NCBI RefSeq assembly: GCF_024521635.1
Contig: NW_026250403.1
Coordinates: 248,001 to 312,000 of the forward strand
Length of the DNA stretch: 64,000 bases
Direction: 5' to 3'
Source of the DNA: Tricharina praecox
Taxonomy: Eukaryota
Every line of letters starts with the position of its first letter. Position 1 is the first letter of the stretch. The position numbers were made by a program, and so were the translations under genes. Below are positions 1-13,250 of the stretch, one piece after another. The notes beneath the pieces are model-generated. The model saw nothing but the letters and a program-made list of their open reading frames with translations, was not told the DNA's origin and did not search any database.

Positions 1-562
1 CAATTAAGTACTTGGTAGTAACTGGTAGGTAGGGAGTAGGATAGTCGTCAGGAAACAGGTAGGTAGGGACCACTCTGCAGGAACGTTGTTCGGGCCCAGG
101 TTCGCCTACGACGGCGGCGGCACTGGAGCGGTGCGGACCGAGTGGAGATGAGTGGCAGTCGGTCACTCATTCGCTTATTCGCTCGCTCACTCACCCGTTC
201 AGTCACACACACATCCATTCACTCACTCAATCACCACTCACTCGCTCATTCAATCATCCATTCACTCGCTCACTCGCTCAATCACACATCCAATCACCCA
301 ATCACCCATTCAATCACCCATTCAATCACTCCCATCTGCTTGGACATCTGCTTGGACATCTGCTTACATATCTGCTAGGACACGGTCTGGACACAACCTG
401 GACATCTCCTCCTCCTGCTCATCCCGCATTTTCGATCCTCCTCTCAGTAACCCTTCCTCGACACCGCACGCCGCCCGCCCCTCCTCCCTACGGTCGAAAG
501 AGCACATGGAGAAGAAGTAGAAGAAGCGCTTCGGCAGAGCCTACCTACCTGCCTACATATGA

Positions 563-633
563 CCTGCCCGCCTGCCCGCCTGCCCGCCTGCCCGCCTGCC
601 CGCCTGCCCGCCTACCCGCCTGCCCGCCTGCCT
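563..633. repeat. (CCTGCCCG)n minisatellite
   Basis: About 8 near-perfect 8-bp units read directly. Confidence 0.9.
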
Positions 634-2068
634 CCGAATACAGGATCCCCACACATCCGTCATAGTATCTACCGCCTTGTCGGACTGTCGGACATGCCAT
701 ACCAGGACCAGGACCAGGGCCAGACAGGACATGCCACCCCAAGTACTCTCTACCTAGAGTACTCTACTTACCACCCCAAGTACCCAACCTAGGTAAGTAG
801 TACCTGTCGAGTACCTGGAGTACCTGGAGTACCTACCGTATGTACGGCTTCGCATCCAGCAGGTCCAACGCGGCCATGTACCTAAGTACTTTGTACATGT
901 ATGTACAAGTATACACAAGCTGTTGTCCTGCGCGAGCCAACTAAGTACCAGTCAAGTACATATGTAGTACTAAGCCAGCAAGTACTTACTGTGTACTTGT
1001 ACTTGTACACCGGCTGCCCAAGTTGACGACATGCAACACTTGCTCTTGCGGATGAGGAGTGAGGAGTGAGTGACGAGATGGGGGATGGGGGCCCTGACCT
1101 GCTCTGCTCTGCTGCCCTTGCCCTTCTTGCCCACGCCCTGCATGTACCTGGTACATACATGCCATAGTATGTGTAGTCTACACACCGTAGTATACATGTA
1201 GTCTACATGTAGTATGTACATGTACATGTACATGTATGTACCTGTCTGTTGTCATTGCTTGCCTTCAGGCTTCTATGTACAGCCAGCCAGCCTTGCTAGA
1301 GCAGGTATGCCATGCTATGCTATGTGCGTAATGTCCCAGCCGAACAAATGGGCCATGAGACCAGCCCAGGAGACCAGCCCCATGAGACCAGCCATGAGAC
1401 CCGCGCCGATTACCGCCAGGACTTTTTTCTTTCTTTCGTTCTTTTCTGCTTCGCTTTCTCTGCGGGCCTAACTAGAGTACCACAACCGTAACCCTCCCCT
1501 CCCCCTCCCTTCCCCCCCGCGCCCTCCATCAACCCCATCCACCGCGACCCCGACCCTGAATTCTTGCGCCATCCGGAGGATGAGCCACCGAACTACCCAG
1601 GAGTCCACTAGTAGGACCCCCGCCGCCGCCCGACGAAGAAAAAAATAAAAGTGTGACTATGCTAGAGTAGAGTATGATGATGCTTGAGTCTTGAGTCTTG
1701 AGTCTTGACCTGACCCACAGTCCGGTCCGGTCCACTACTTGGAAGCTGGTGGCTACCTACATAAGCGAATGGGCGGGTTGGGCTGGCTGGCTGGGCTGGC
1801 GGTGTATGAGGCAGCAAAGGCCACAGCTTACAGCCCACACGACGCAAGGGCAAGGGCAACCGAGCAACTAGAGTAGCTGGATAACTGGGTAGCTAATCGG
1901 TTGCGACTATGGAACTGCTAGTTAGCTGTTAGCAGCGTCTATGACGATGAGGAGGAAGAGGAGCCGGAGCAAGAGGAGCAAGACGAGGAAAACGAGGAAG
2001 AGGAAGACGGGGAAGACGAGGAAGATGAGGAAGAGGAAGAGGAAGAGCGAGGTGGAGGAGAAGGAGGA

Positions 2069-2459
2069 GAAACAGAAACAGAAACAGAAACAGAAACAGA
2101 AACAGAAACAGAAACAGAACGACAACGACAACGACTCGAAGAAGCCGAAGAAAATGAAGATGAAGAAGAACCCCAAGAAAAAAGAACAAGAAAAAGAAGC
2201 ACAAGAAGCGTGTCCGGGGGCGATCGTGATCGGCTGCAGTGATAGAGTATCCTCCACTCCATGCGGGGCCTGCATCGACGTTGTCCGTGTCCGCTTGAAA
2301 ATTGAAACGAACGGATGCTGTAAGTATGCACATCCATACTCTATCCATACATACACAGGAGTGGCAGCCCGAAAAACCTCGTAGTCATGTAGAGTACGTA
2401 CGTGTGTGCGTGTGTGTGTGTGTGCGTGTGTGTGTGTGTGTGCGTGTGTGTGTGTGTGT
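2069..2459. repeat. (GAAACA)n at 2069-2119 and imperfect (GT)n at 2402-2459
   Basis: Tandem units visible in sequence. Confidence 0.9.
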
Positions 2460-3188
2460 CCCGCGATTCCCAGACCCGTGCGAAGAAACTCCGCAAGCAA
2501 CGGGCAAGAAAGAAAGCAAGCAAGACGGAGGGCCATGGGGAGGGGGAGGGGTGGTGGTGGTTCTGACATTATCTACTAACGAACTACCTAGTAGAGTACC
2601 TATGATGTGAAGCGAGAGTGTGGTAGGTAGGACTACTCTACTCTACCTACTCTATGTACATACTCGCTCGTGCAGGCATCCCCCTCCCGCTATCCCGGTG
2701 ACCGATGGCGGACCAACTCCACAAACGTGCGCGATACACCGCGGCGGTAGGTGACCGGTAGATTTGTACTTGGTTTGGGACATCCGCGGTGGTGGTGGAG
2801 GTGGGTGGGGGGAAGGGGGGAAGGAGAGAATTGGTTTCACTGGCCACGATGATGGAAGGGTTGGACGGTGGTGGAGGTGGTGGTGGAGGTGGTGGTGGTG
2901 TGTAGTGGTGATATGTAGTGGTGGTGCGAGTTCCACCGGAATGCTGTGGCTTGCACTTTCGTCGCTCCCAACTCCCAGAGCTTTGGCGTTGGAAGGGAAA
3001 GCGAGCCCAGGACTGAGGACCAACTCTGCGCACACCCGGTCCCGAGGAAACCCTGCGCAGTAACCACTACCTGGTCAGTTTAGTAGAGTAGGTAGAGCAT
3101 GTAGAGTATCAATGTAGAGTGGTTACTCTACTTGCTCCACCCAGAGCATGACGCCAACAGAATTGCTGGTTTGTGTTTCTGTTTGTTT

Positions 3189-3244
3189 GTTTTTGTTTTT
3201 GTTTTTGTTTTTGTTTTTGTTTTTGTTTTTGTTTTTGTTTTTTT
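3189..3244. repeat. (GTTTTT)n microsatellite
   Basis: Tandem hexamers visible in sequence. Confidence 0.9.
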
Positions 3245-5499
3245 CCCTTCTTCCGCCTTGGGTCGCCCGCCCAAATCTTATTTTATTTTTTTGTTTTGTT
3301 CCGGTTGGCCGTGTTTGTTTTGCGCCGTGTCGCCATGCTGAGCGAGTGCGGTCGATGCGGAGGAGATGGAGGAGGAGGAGGTGCAGCGATGGAGGTGGTG
3401 GTGGAGGTGGAGGCGGTAGCAATGGAAGCAGGTGGAGGCGGCGGTAGTGGTGGTGGAGGCGGTGGTGGTGATCTGATAGGAGGTGGTGATCCGATGGTCG
3501 GTGGTGATCCGACGTGATGTTGCTGCGGCAGCGGCATGTAGTCTCTAGAGTCTCGTACCCCCATTCGCTGACGGGAAATGCACATGTGCGTCGGTCTGCC
3601 GGTCTGCCTGTCGGTCAGAAGAAGGTCTTCCAACCAGAGTCTCGCGCCGCGACACATCCGACATCGCACATGCACATGCGTCTGCTCTAGATGCTATGCC
3701 GGTCTGTTTTGCATGGAGGGCGCATGGACGCTCGCTCATGTGACGGCAGCAGCCCCCCCAAAGGGCTGCTAACTACTATAACCGACCAACTACTGCATCA
3801 TCACTTGCTTGCTTGCTTACTTGCGGAGCGGGGGGATGGGTGCGAGGGGAGGGAGAGAAATCATTCCTACGCACACTTCCATGTAGTCAACTTATTCCTA
3901 GACTCACAGCGGAGTCGCTTCATAGGCCGGCGTCGAATGATTCCCCGCCCCGGCTCCGCAGCTGCACACGCAAGCAATCAGGGTGTCGGAGCATCGACAG
4001 AATAATGCGACTGTGTCGACGACTTCTGGACGCGGGGGATCCGTACCGAGACATCATGCGTGCAACCAGGACGGGAGGGGAGGGGAGAGGAAGGGAGCGA
4101 GGGGAGGGAGGGGAGCGAATGATGAATCCTCCCGCCGTCAGTTGGCGTCGAGCGGAGTGTGGTATGATACCTTCCGTACTGTGATGTACCGTCCTGTGCC
4201 GTACTGCACCGTACTTTGTGGCCAGTGCATCTCCGACCGGCGAGTCGACATCCATCACAGCTGTCCAAGACCGTACCGCACCGCACCGTACCGTCGAGGG
4301 GAGGAGGATGTGCGGCACCTTTCGATCCATGCCCAGCCAGTGAGCCGGCTGCATCCTCAGCCGCCAGCAGGGAATCGATATCTACCGTTATCTTTGTAGC
4401 GAAAGGTCGAGGTCGAGGTCGAGGCAGGGCAAAGGGTCTCGCCCGCCCGTCCGCTTAAACGACCCGCCCGCTGGCTGGATGGCTGGCTGGCGTCCGTTGC
4501 TGAGCTGTGACCACTGGGAACAGGCAGATAGTTAACCGCGTGCGTGCGTTGACCCGGAGATACGGGTCGGGTCGGGCCTGGAGCACGGATGACGATGGAG
4601 TGCCTATGGTGCCTGCTAGATATACCTGCTATATAGTAGAGTACAGTAGAGTACCTACCTCATACATGCATACACACTCACACACGCGATGTGGTGGACG
4701 GCAAGATGCCCGGTCACATCGGCACTCTTCTCCGTCGTGAGTGAGCGGTGGGGCGGCGGGTGGTGAGTAAACAACCGTCTTCGTCCTCGTCTTTGCGCGG
4801 GCGGGGGGCGGGGGCGGAGTCGGTTCCTCACGCTTTCGTTGGTTCGTTGGTTCCGTTGGTTTCGTAACTTTCGTTGGTTCATCGTCGTCGCTGTCGTAGT
4901 CCGCCCGCACCTGCAACCACACCGGCAGAATAGTGGGCTTATCGTAGGTACATTCCTGCTCTACCTATATCTACCATAGGTAGTAACCACACGGAGTGCC
5001 GAAGGAATACGCAAAACACAAAACAACATCTATTAGCTTCCCTGTCCGTCGCGATGAGCCAACATCGTCCGCATCCGCATCCACATCCACATCCGCAAAA
5101 CAACTAGCCTCAGCTTCGTCACGGGTTCTTCCGACTTCGGGATTACATAAAAAAAAACCATCGTCGCTTCTGGCGCTGCTATGTGCTGCTGCTACTGCTG
5201 AACTATTCTACCTACTCTACTCTACCATACCCTACTCCATGTATCATACTCTACACAACCTGTTGCCGAACCGCTCCCACCTCCTCCCACGTTGTTGCTG
5301 CATCCATGAATCCATGAATCCATGATCCCGCACGGAATTTCCAGGGATCCGGTCTGGTCTTGGTCTGGTCTGGTCCGGTCTGGTTTCGGTCTGGTCTGGT
5401 CTACACACATACGGTCCCACACGGGTAATGCTTCGAGCGGCGAGAGGGAACCGAAGCGTGAAGACGTGTACGGTTAGAACTTGGAGGAGGAAGAGGGGG

Positions 5500-6901
5500 G
5501 GGTTCAAGGTGTGCGGAATATCTGGAGTATGTATGTTACGTAGAGTACCTGGTACTCTACCTACCCTGTGCTACCTATATAGTACACACTCTATATGGCA
5601 CGCCGTCCGCACTGTCCATCACTCGACAACGGCTCTCCCCCAGGCTCCACCTCTCCCCCGGCGGCCCCGGCGGCCCCCCACTTTCGAGCCCCGGAGCAGC
5701 CGTCCATCACATGGACGACCGGCACTGCACTCGAGAGCATAACGGGGGGAACACTACTATCGTGCCTACGTACCTCGGGATCATACCTAGCTGCACTCAC
5801 TCGCGGTGTGGCCGAGCGAGATGAGGACCTCCTGCCGGCGGGAGGAAACGGATGTGGTTAGTGCTATAGTGGGCATCAACGTTGGCGGGCATGGCGGGGT
5901 CGACCACGTGGGGCTTCTTCGTCTTCTTCTTTTCTTCTTCTTTCTCCATCATCCTCTACAGAATACGGTAGGTAGACGATCAACTGATACCTCTACCTTT
6001 CTTCTCTCTCTCTGTGTGTGTGTGCTCTCAATTCCGTCTCCGGCTTGGACTCTGAAGGGGTGTTGGCAAAAGCGCCGTCTGGTCTGCAAAACAGCCAGAG
6101 GACTAGAACTGTGGGGAAGAGCTAGGTTACGCAGCACTGCCCTGCCCCACCCTCCAAGGTTGAAGGACAAAACCCCCAGCCCTTTGTGAACAGCAGACTC
6201 TGCTCTCGAGCCCGTGGAGTAGGAAGCTGGAAGCTACGGATGAAAACTTATCCACTGCGGAGCGGAGCGGTTGGAATCCTTCCCGCCAGGCCTAGACTTC
6301 CCTGCCATTCCTGTCCTTCCTTCCTTCCTTCGACGGAGTGACAGAAACGGTGTCACCGCAGGCCCAGAGCTCGCCTGTCCTTGATGCTCTGGCTCGCTTT
6401 CTCCACAATCCGCCGGGATGTGTGTGTGATCCACGGCGATTTCGTCTTTGAACCTGCCTTCTCGAAAGAAAGAAAAGGGATTCGCTAACCTCCATCGGGG
6501 GGAGAGGGGATACTCTACTGGGGGACATGAGAGGAAGGGGAGGCCGGTGTTGCACGGGTGGTATCTAGTGGCGGCGTGGCAACGAAAGAGCGGGCCGGGA
6601 CGCAATGTCGACCACCACCGCCGCTTCGCCCTGCCCATGCCCACGCCCATGTCCATGCCCATGTTCCTCCTTCCCTTTGGCCCAGAGTTTTCCTCCGCTT
6701 CGAACGAGCGCTACCATACTAGCAGGTACTCTAGATGTGGGACGGGGTGAAGAACAGCCCCAAGCAGAGCTTCCTCACTAGTTAGCCAGCCAGCCAGCCA
6801 GCTAGCGGAACAAACCCACCACCGGTGGACGGCCTCCAGACTCGCCCAAAGCTTGTTCTCACGATAAGCAACTCTTCGCACCGTCAACCTTCCTCGACGG
6901 C

Positions 6902-6945
<44 letters not shown>

Positions 6946-7260
6946 GCGATGACAGCAGCGGCGGCGATGCAAGTGATCAAGAGGGGGCGGGTATGCGGCA
7001 CGTAAGCGGCTTCGCAGCGACGGCAACGGTTCGGGGCGGCGGCCGCCGCGTATCCGCCTGCCTGCCTGCCTTCGCTATGCTATGCTACCTATGCTACTAC
7101 CATATACTATACACGGACAACACATCTCAGGCCGCAGGCGCAGGCAGCCAGCTCTCCTCTACTTTCTACAACGATACTAGACCGTACATACTGCACAGGG
7201 CGACGTGGTGGTAACTGGTTCCTTTCCCGCCAAGTCGCTGGAACGGCGGGGGGGGCGGGG
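5500..7260 (+). repeat. Copy 1 of a diverged non-coding inverted duplication (partner about 19660-21320)
   Basis: Core 5836-5902 matches the reverse complement of 20956-21017 with about 4 mismatches and one 5-nt indel. Colinear patches of similarity continue on both sides. Outer limits are uncertain. Confidence 0.75.
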
Positions 7261-7400
7261 ATCTGCACGTACTATGTCTATAGTTATGTGCGTGGGTGCG
7301 TTCCTTTGGTTTGGCACCTTCTCCAATGAAGGCATCGTTCATGGCCACGGCCACGGCCACGGCCACGGCCACGGCCATGGACATGGACATGGACACGGAC
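6902..7400. repeat. (GACCAC)n at about 6902-6945 and (GGCCAC)n/(CATGGA)n at about 7343-7400
   Basis: Tandem hexamers visible in sequence. Confidence 0.85.
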
Positions 7401-7965
7401 AGCCCAAGTCGGACTGTAGGTGTGTATCCAGTAGGGAGCGAGCGTGCGAGCGAGGAAGGAAGTGGCCTAGCCGACTTCTTGAATGGCCTCTTTGGGAGGG
7501 AGTGGAGGGAGGGGAGGGAGGGGAGGGAGGGGAAGGGGGAGGAGGGGAGACGACGAGAGAGAGAGAGAAAGAGAGGCGTCCCCAGGCTTTGCCCTTGCTC
7601 TGACGATTCGCAGAATGATGGTTTTGGGGCTAGGTTCCAGACACTATACGGAGGGGACGGAGGGGGCAGGCACTTGTTTGGAGTTTCGTGCCCTATCACT
7701 CTCACTCTCGCTCTCACTCTTGCTCTCTCGGGACGAGAGATGAGAGATGAGCACTCCAACTTGCACCCCGCCAGATGGCCGGCCTCGCATTCCAGAAAGA
7801 GAGAGAGAGAGAGAGTCAAGATTACCACTCAGGCCTGACTCGAGCTTCGGGGAGAATCAAGCCGGAGTACCATATGTACCCTACCCTACCATCTGGGGAA
7901 GGGAGGGAGGGAGGGAGGGGGGGGGGGGGGTCAACGGGTATGTCGCGGCCATCCACCTACCAAGA

Positions 7966-8157
7966 GCGCACGGTTTCATCTCGTATCGTTGCGGGTACAT
8001 AGTCGACCATACCGGGCGGTGAAAGAAGCTTTCCATGACCGTATGTAAGTATGTACCGAGGGCGCACGGTTTCATCTCATATCGTTGCGGGTACCTATAC
8101 CCAGTGGGTAAGTAAGTGGATGGCTATACATACCAGGCGGCGAAAGAAGAAGCTTCC
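7966..8157 (+). repeat. Imperfect tandem duplication of about 70 bp
   Basis: GCGCACGGTTTCATCTCRTATCGTTGCGGGTAC at 7966 and 8062, each followed by CATACCRGGCGGYGAAAGAAG. The second copy has about 30 extra nt in the middle. Confidence 0.85.
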
Positions 8158-9172
8158 TACTCGGGACCTTCGGGACCGCAGAGTCATCAGGCAGGCAGGC
8201 AGGACCTGGCGGGTGGTGGTGGCCCAAACCATTGCTCGATTCCGGCGCTCGCGAGGGCCTCCACGATACGATACGATACGGCACTCGAGCCGGGACCGTA
8301 GTGTGGATATCTACGTGTGTTGGAGTTTACCGTCGGGTAAAAGACACTCGCTCCTTCCGCCTTCCCCTTCATACCTCCATACGGGGGGAGTCCATATACC
8401 GGAGGTACCTGCTAAGCACATATATCCATCACCCTTCTCTGGCCGGATCTAGAGTAACTAGTTGGGAAGCCGCGCCCGACGACTGGCCCCCCATATATGT
8501 CATGCCGTTCCATCGGCATGCGGGTAGGGTAGAGTACATGCACTCTACATACTCTATCTGTCATCGTCATCATCATCGGCCAGCCAGGGAGTGTGGCAGA
8601 GTAGGTGCTCTATGTATTGTACATACATACATACACGCCATTCTGCTGGAGTATAGCATAGATGCCTCGATGCATTCCCCATCACCATCACCTCGCACCC
8701 CTCCCCTCCCATTCCATCCCGGTCGACATCACGCAGCAGCAGCACCAAGCACAGCCAGCAATATACTATAGTGCCCCACCCTCCCTCCCCCCCGCCAGGT
8801 CCATGGCCGCGCAAATTGAGCTGTTGGATTTTCCTCCCTTCTCACTTCCTCACTTCCGCCTCCTCCTCCCCAGTCCTCTAACTCTCTTGTTCTTTCTCGC
8901 GTTTACTCTACTATACACTCACTCACTCTCCGAGAGAGAGAGAGAGAGAGCATCGTTTCCCGACCATCCACCGACGGAATCCCAGGCTCCAGCGGGCAAG
9001 CAAGGAACGATGGCATGGGATCCCCCCACCGCTCGGCCAGTCTGTGGTCTCGGGACTGGGGGCACTGGGGGAGGGGGATGGGGAGCTAGGAAAGAAGCGA
9101 CTGAATGGAGAATGGGTACTCTAGATACACTGTAGAGTACGACTTACGTCGGTAATTGTTCCTTTTTCTTTC

Positions 9173-9211
<39 letters not shown>

Positions 9212-9438
9212 AGGCATTTGCTTGTTTGGGAAGGAGAGGTGAAGGAAGTGGAAGTGGAAGCGGCAGCGCGCTCTCGCCTGCCCGCTCGCGGCCATGAGTG
9301 CCATAACTATGAGGTCGGTACCGTGGCTAAGAAAGTAGAGCAAGTAAGTACTCTGCCTGTGTAGATACTTCATCACCATCACCATCGCAAGACCCCTGCA
9401 CTCCCACTTCGACACGAGGTTGTCAGTGTGTCTCTGTG

Positions 9439-9439
<1 letters not shown>

Positions 9440-9480
<41 letters not shown>

Positions 9481-10378
9481 ACACACAGAAACACGCCAGC
9501 AACCCGCAGCACTGGGTGGGATTTGGGTGGGAACAGTGGGAACATCGCCAGCGCCGGGGCCGGCGCCGGCATTCGTCGGCGTTGGGAAGGGAAGAGAAGG
9601 AGGGTGTGCAGTGAGCGCAGCCTCTCCCCAGGTCCCCACAGCGCCCCTGCAACTTGCAAGGCGCGTGCGGTCTGTACATAAATATGTGCGTAGGTAGGTT
9701 GTGGAGGTTGTGTAGCTGGCTGGCTGGCTATCGGTCCAGTCAGTCTGATCCGGGTCGCCTGCGGTCTGCGGCATGCGGACTCTTTCTTTGCCCTTCATCC
9801 CTCCCTCGCGAAAGAGCGAGTCGCTACATCACTGCACCATCACTGCACTTGAGTTTGCCGACGCGGAGTGCATTCTTCAGCTACGGCTGGAAGCTGGAGG
9901 CTGCAGTGTAGTGCAGTGCTGTGCAGTTCAAGTGTTTTTTCCCTCTCTTTTTCTTTTTTGGGGTTTACTTTTCTTTCACTTTTCTTTTCTTTTTACTTTT
10001 TTTTTTGGACTTCCTTCAGGCTTCATCCGATACGATGGGTTCTGTACTCTAGATACTCTACTCTACTCTATGTAGAGTAACAGTTCTTCCCGCAGCTGGA
10101 TTGAGGGGAAGGAGGGACGGAGGAGTTCGGGATGGAAGGAATACTTTTTTACTCTATGTAGATGGGTGTATGTGTGAACAGAACCAGAACGGAAAGATAT
10201 GAAAAACGTGTGAGGGGTGGATGGATGGATGATGCAGATTGGATCCAGATACAGGTCCTCGGGACGGTGGGCGGGGACGAGGGACCGGGAAGGTGAGGGA
10301 GGGGTGTGGCTCAGCTCAGTCGCACCGTCGTCGTCGCCAAGGAGAGAGAGAGAGAGAGAGAGGGATGGACGTCCTCTT

Positions 10379-10439
<61 letters not shown>
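9440..10439. repeat. (CA)n at 9440-9477 and (GA)n at 10380-10439
   Basis: Long dinucleotide runs visible in sequence. Confidence 0.95.
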
Positions 10440-10443
<4 letters not shown>

Positions 10444-11614
10444 AAGCAGCTGCCTCACCCCACGCCGAGTCGACTCGTTTCGTAACCGGGTCCTAGGTAT
10501 TTACATGGACGAGCCGTCTCCTTCTCCTCCTCCACTCCTCATCACCCTTCTTGGCAAGCCAGCCAGCAGGCAAACAAGTCGGTAAACAGATGCTCATTTC
10601 GTGCCCACCATCCGTTCCGTCACCGGCCTCCCACCTACCGTCCATACCACCTACCGTCGCGACTATTTCCGTACTCTACATCCTCTCCTCTACAGTGGAG
10701 CGGAAATTAAGCGCGCATGCGGTAGGTGTCGTCGCCAATCCAACCAAAACAAAAATAACAGCAAGTAAAAGTGGAAAAAAAACGTGTGTTCTTCTCGAAG
10801 AAGAAGAAGAAGAAGAAGAAGACGGCTGCGGCAGGGCAGAGCTTCGTTTGACCTGGAACTTGGAACCTAGAGCTTGGAACCCCCCACTCCCAACCAAAAG
10901 TCCAAAAGAAGAAACGAATTCCGGGCGGCTTCTCTCCGCGCTCCCATTGGGATCCAGACCGAGCTCCAGGATCCAGACCACAGACGCCAGACCGACTGAC
11001 CGACTGGCTGACTGGCCCTAAATCCGAACCGAGACGTCACGCACCTACAGTTCTGGCTCTGGCTTCCCCTCTTTTCGCGAACCTTCACCGCTACATATGT
11101 AAGGTGGCTAGCTGTTGTAAAAGTTCTGGAGACTCGAGACTCGAGAGGCTCGGGGGTTAAGCGGCCTGCGTATGCATCTATGACTTGCGTACTCTATGTT
11201 TGACGCCTGCCCCACCAGTGACCAGCACCACCACTTCTCTATACGGGTACTTGGGTACGGTATGTGTGTATAAGTCTAAAAGCCATCCCAGCAACCAGCA
11301 ATCAAGCAGACCATACCATAGCCCAAAGTTGAATGTTGGGCCCGGAAATACTTGCCCAACCCCCGTGCGCGAAATAATAAACATCTCCACCCCCACCCTC
11401 GTGTGTAAACATCTGACCAGTCCAACAAACAAACAAACAATAAACATCCCCACCCCTCCAAATCTCGCTAGAAACTACCATCCGTCAACATCCGTGGTCT
11501 GCTTGATGACCTCTAATATCGCGTGCTTCCCATCCGCACCGCTCCCCTCCTCGTTCTCCCCCTTCTCCTCATCCTCCTCATCCTCCTCATCCTCCTCCTC
11601 TTCCTCTTCCTCCT

Positions 11615-13250
11615 TTAGAACGCACCAAACTTGTTCGACCTTGCACCCTTAGCCCCCGCCTTGATTTGAAAGACGGCACCGTGATGTCCCGATCCCTCTG
11701 GCGTCTCCTCACCGTCGTCCACGCCCGCAGTGGTAACAAAGATTATATCCAAGTCCCTACCGCCGAAGGCAGGACAGGTGATCTTCCAAGCGGGCATAGT
11801 GACGTGCGCCAGCACCTCACCCTGCGGCGAGAGTTTCAGGATCCTGCTACCCTCGTGGACAGCAGTCCACAGGTTCCCGTCGGTGTCGATGGTGCAGCCG
11901 TCGAGAACACCGGGCTCGTCCGCGGCGAGCTGGAAGAATACCCGCCGGTTGCTGAGCGCCCCCGTGGGCGAGTCGTAGTCGTACGCGTAGATCCCCCGCG
12001 ACGGAGAGTCCGTGAAGTACATCGTCTTGTCGTCCGGACTCCCTACGGTGGCCGTGATGGGAATGTCAGCCATCTTTTCACCCTGCTACGCTCTCTCCCA
12101 TCTCCCCACCACCCCCTCCCCCCTCCCTCTAGGGGCTGGGCTATTCAGAGTGAGAGTGCGTGCACGAGTAGAGTAAGGAAAGCTGGGCTGGGGGTGTGTG
12201 TGATCAATCATTCGGGGGGTGGCTCATTTCTTACATCCCATTCCGTTCGGAATCGATACGTCCTCGATCATCCTGTGCAGCGTCATATCGGGGTCCAAGC
12301 GGAAGACACAACCTTTTTGTTTTTTTTGCATGCGCATCAGCCCAATTCTCCTCTCTCCTCTCCCCACTCCCCACCCCCCGTCCTCTCACCATCCGCCATT
12401 CTTCGTCCTTCGCCATCCTTAGTCCTCGTAGAGGGTCGGCACAAAGTTTCGGTTCGAAGCTAGCCGGACGGACCCGCGCTGGTTTTTTTTTGGTTTCTTT
12501 TACTGACCTTCTGCTTGTAGGTTCTTGACATGGAAGCTGGAGAGATGGAGAAAAAGCAAAAAAGAGCGTAGGCATATAGATTAGCTCGAGTCCGTCAATC
12601 GTAGGGGGTGGGCGGGGGGGTGGGGATCGGGGGAGGGGGGTGTGAGGAATAGCGACGGTCGCTTCCTTCCCGCCATCCCGCCCGCATCAGGCATACTCAC
12701 TCGTTCATAGATCCGGCCCAGAAGCGGCCGCGGGAGTCGACGGCGCCATCATTGAACCTTAATCCCCAACATCAGCCTTTGATGTCTCACATGAAGGGAC
12801 AACAACAATGGCAACGACAACGCACCTCATCCGCTCCGCCATCTCAGGCTCATCCTCGTACACCTTCTTGACATACGTCAACTCGCCGGTGTCCCTGCGC
12901 AGCGTGGCAAAGCCATACTTCGCGGCAACGATGTACTCGTCAGTGCGGCCATCGATGTCGGCCGTGATCCTACCACAACAATCCCAATATCAGTTCCCCA
13001 TACTCAAGCGAGCGAGTGATCCCGCATGGACGCCGATCCCGAGAGTGACGACTGACCCAACACTATCCTCGAGCACAACGACCTTGTGCGAGGCCGGCCC
13101 CGCGGCGAGCGACACGCTGTGCACCTCCTTCCGGATGATGTCGACGAAGCGCAAAACGTCCGTGTCTTCCTCGTAGAAGGGACCTTCGCCGAGCGCGCAG
13201 GCGACCGGCAGGTACGGCGCCGTGATCGTGAGGGTTTCGATTTCCGGCAT
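11615..13250 (-). CDS. SMP-30/gluconolactonase/regucalcin family protein (6 exons)
   Basis: Spliced translation gives the family motifs LGEGP, RFNDGAVDSRGRFWAGSM, IPNGMGWSPDDKTMYFTDS, DGCTIDTDGNLW and ITCPAFGG. Five GT-AG introns keep the frame. Confidence 0.93.

Noticed and set aside
7966-8157. 33-bp direct repeat as a CRISPR array
   Set aside because: Only two copies, similarity extends into the spacer, eukaryotic context and no cas genes.
142-11461. Many short ORFs with HT/VC/ER/FC/P-rich translations
   Set aside because: They are translations of microsatellites, with no family motif or splice support.
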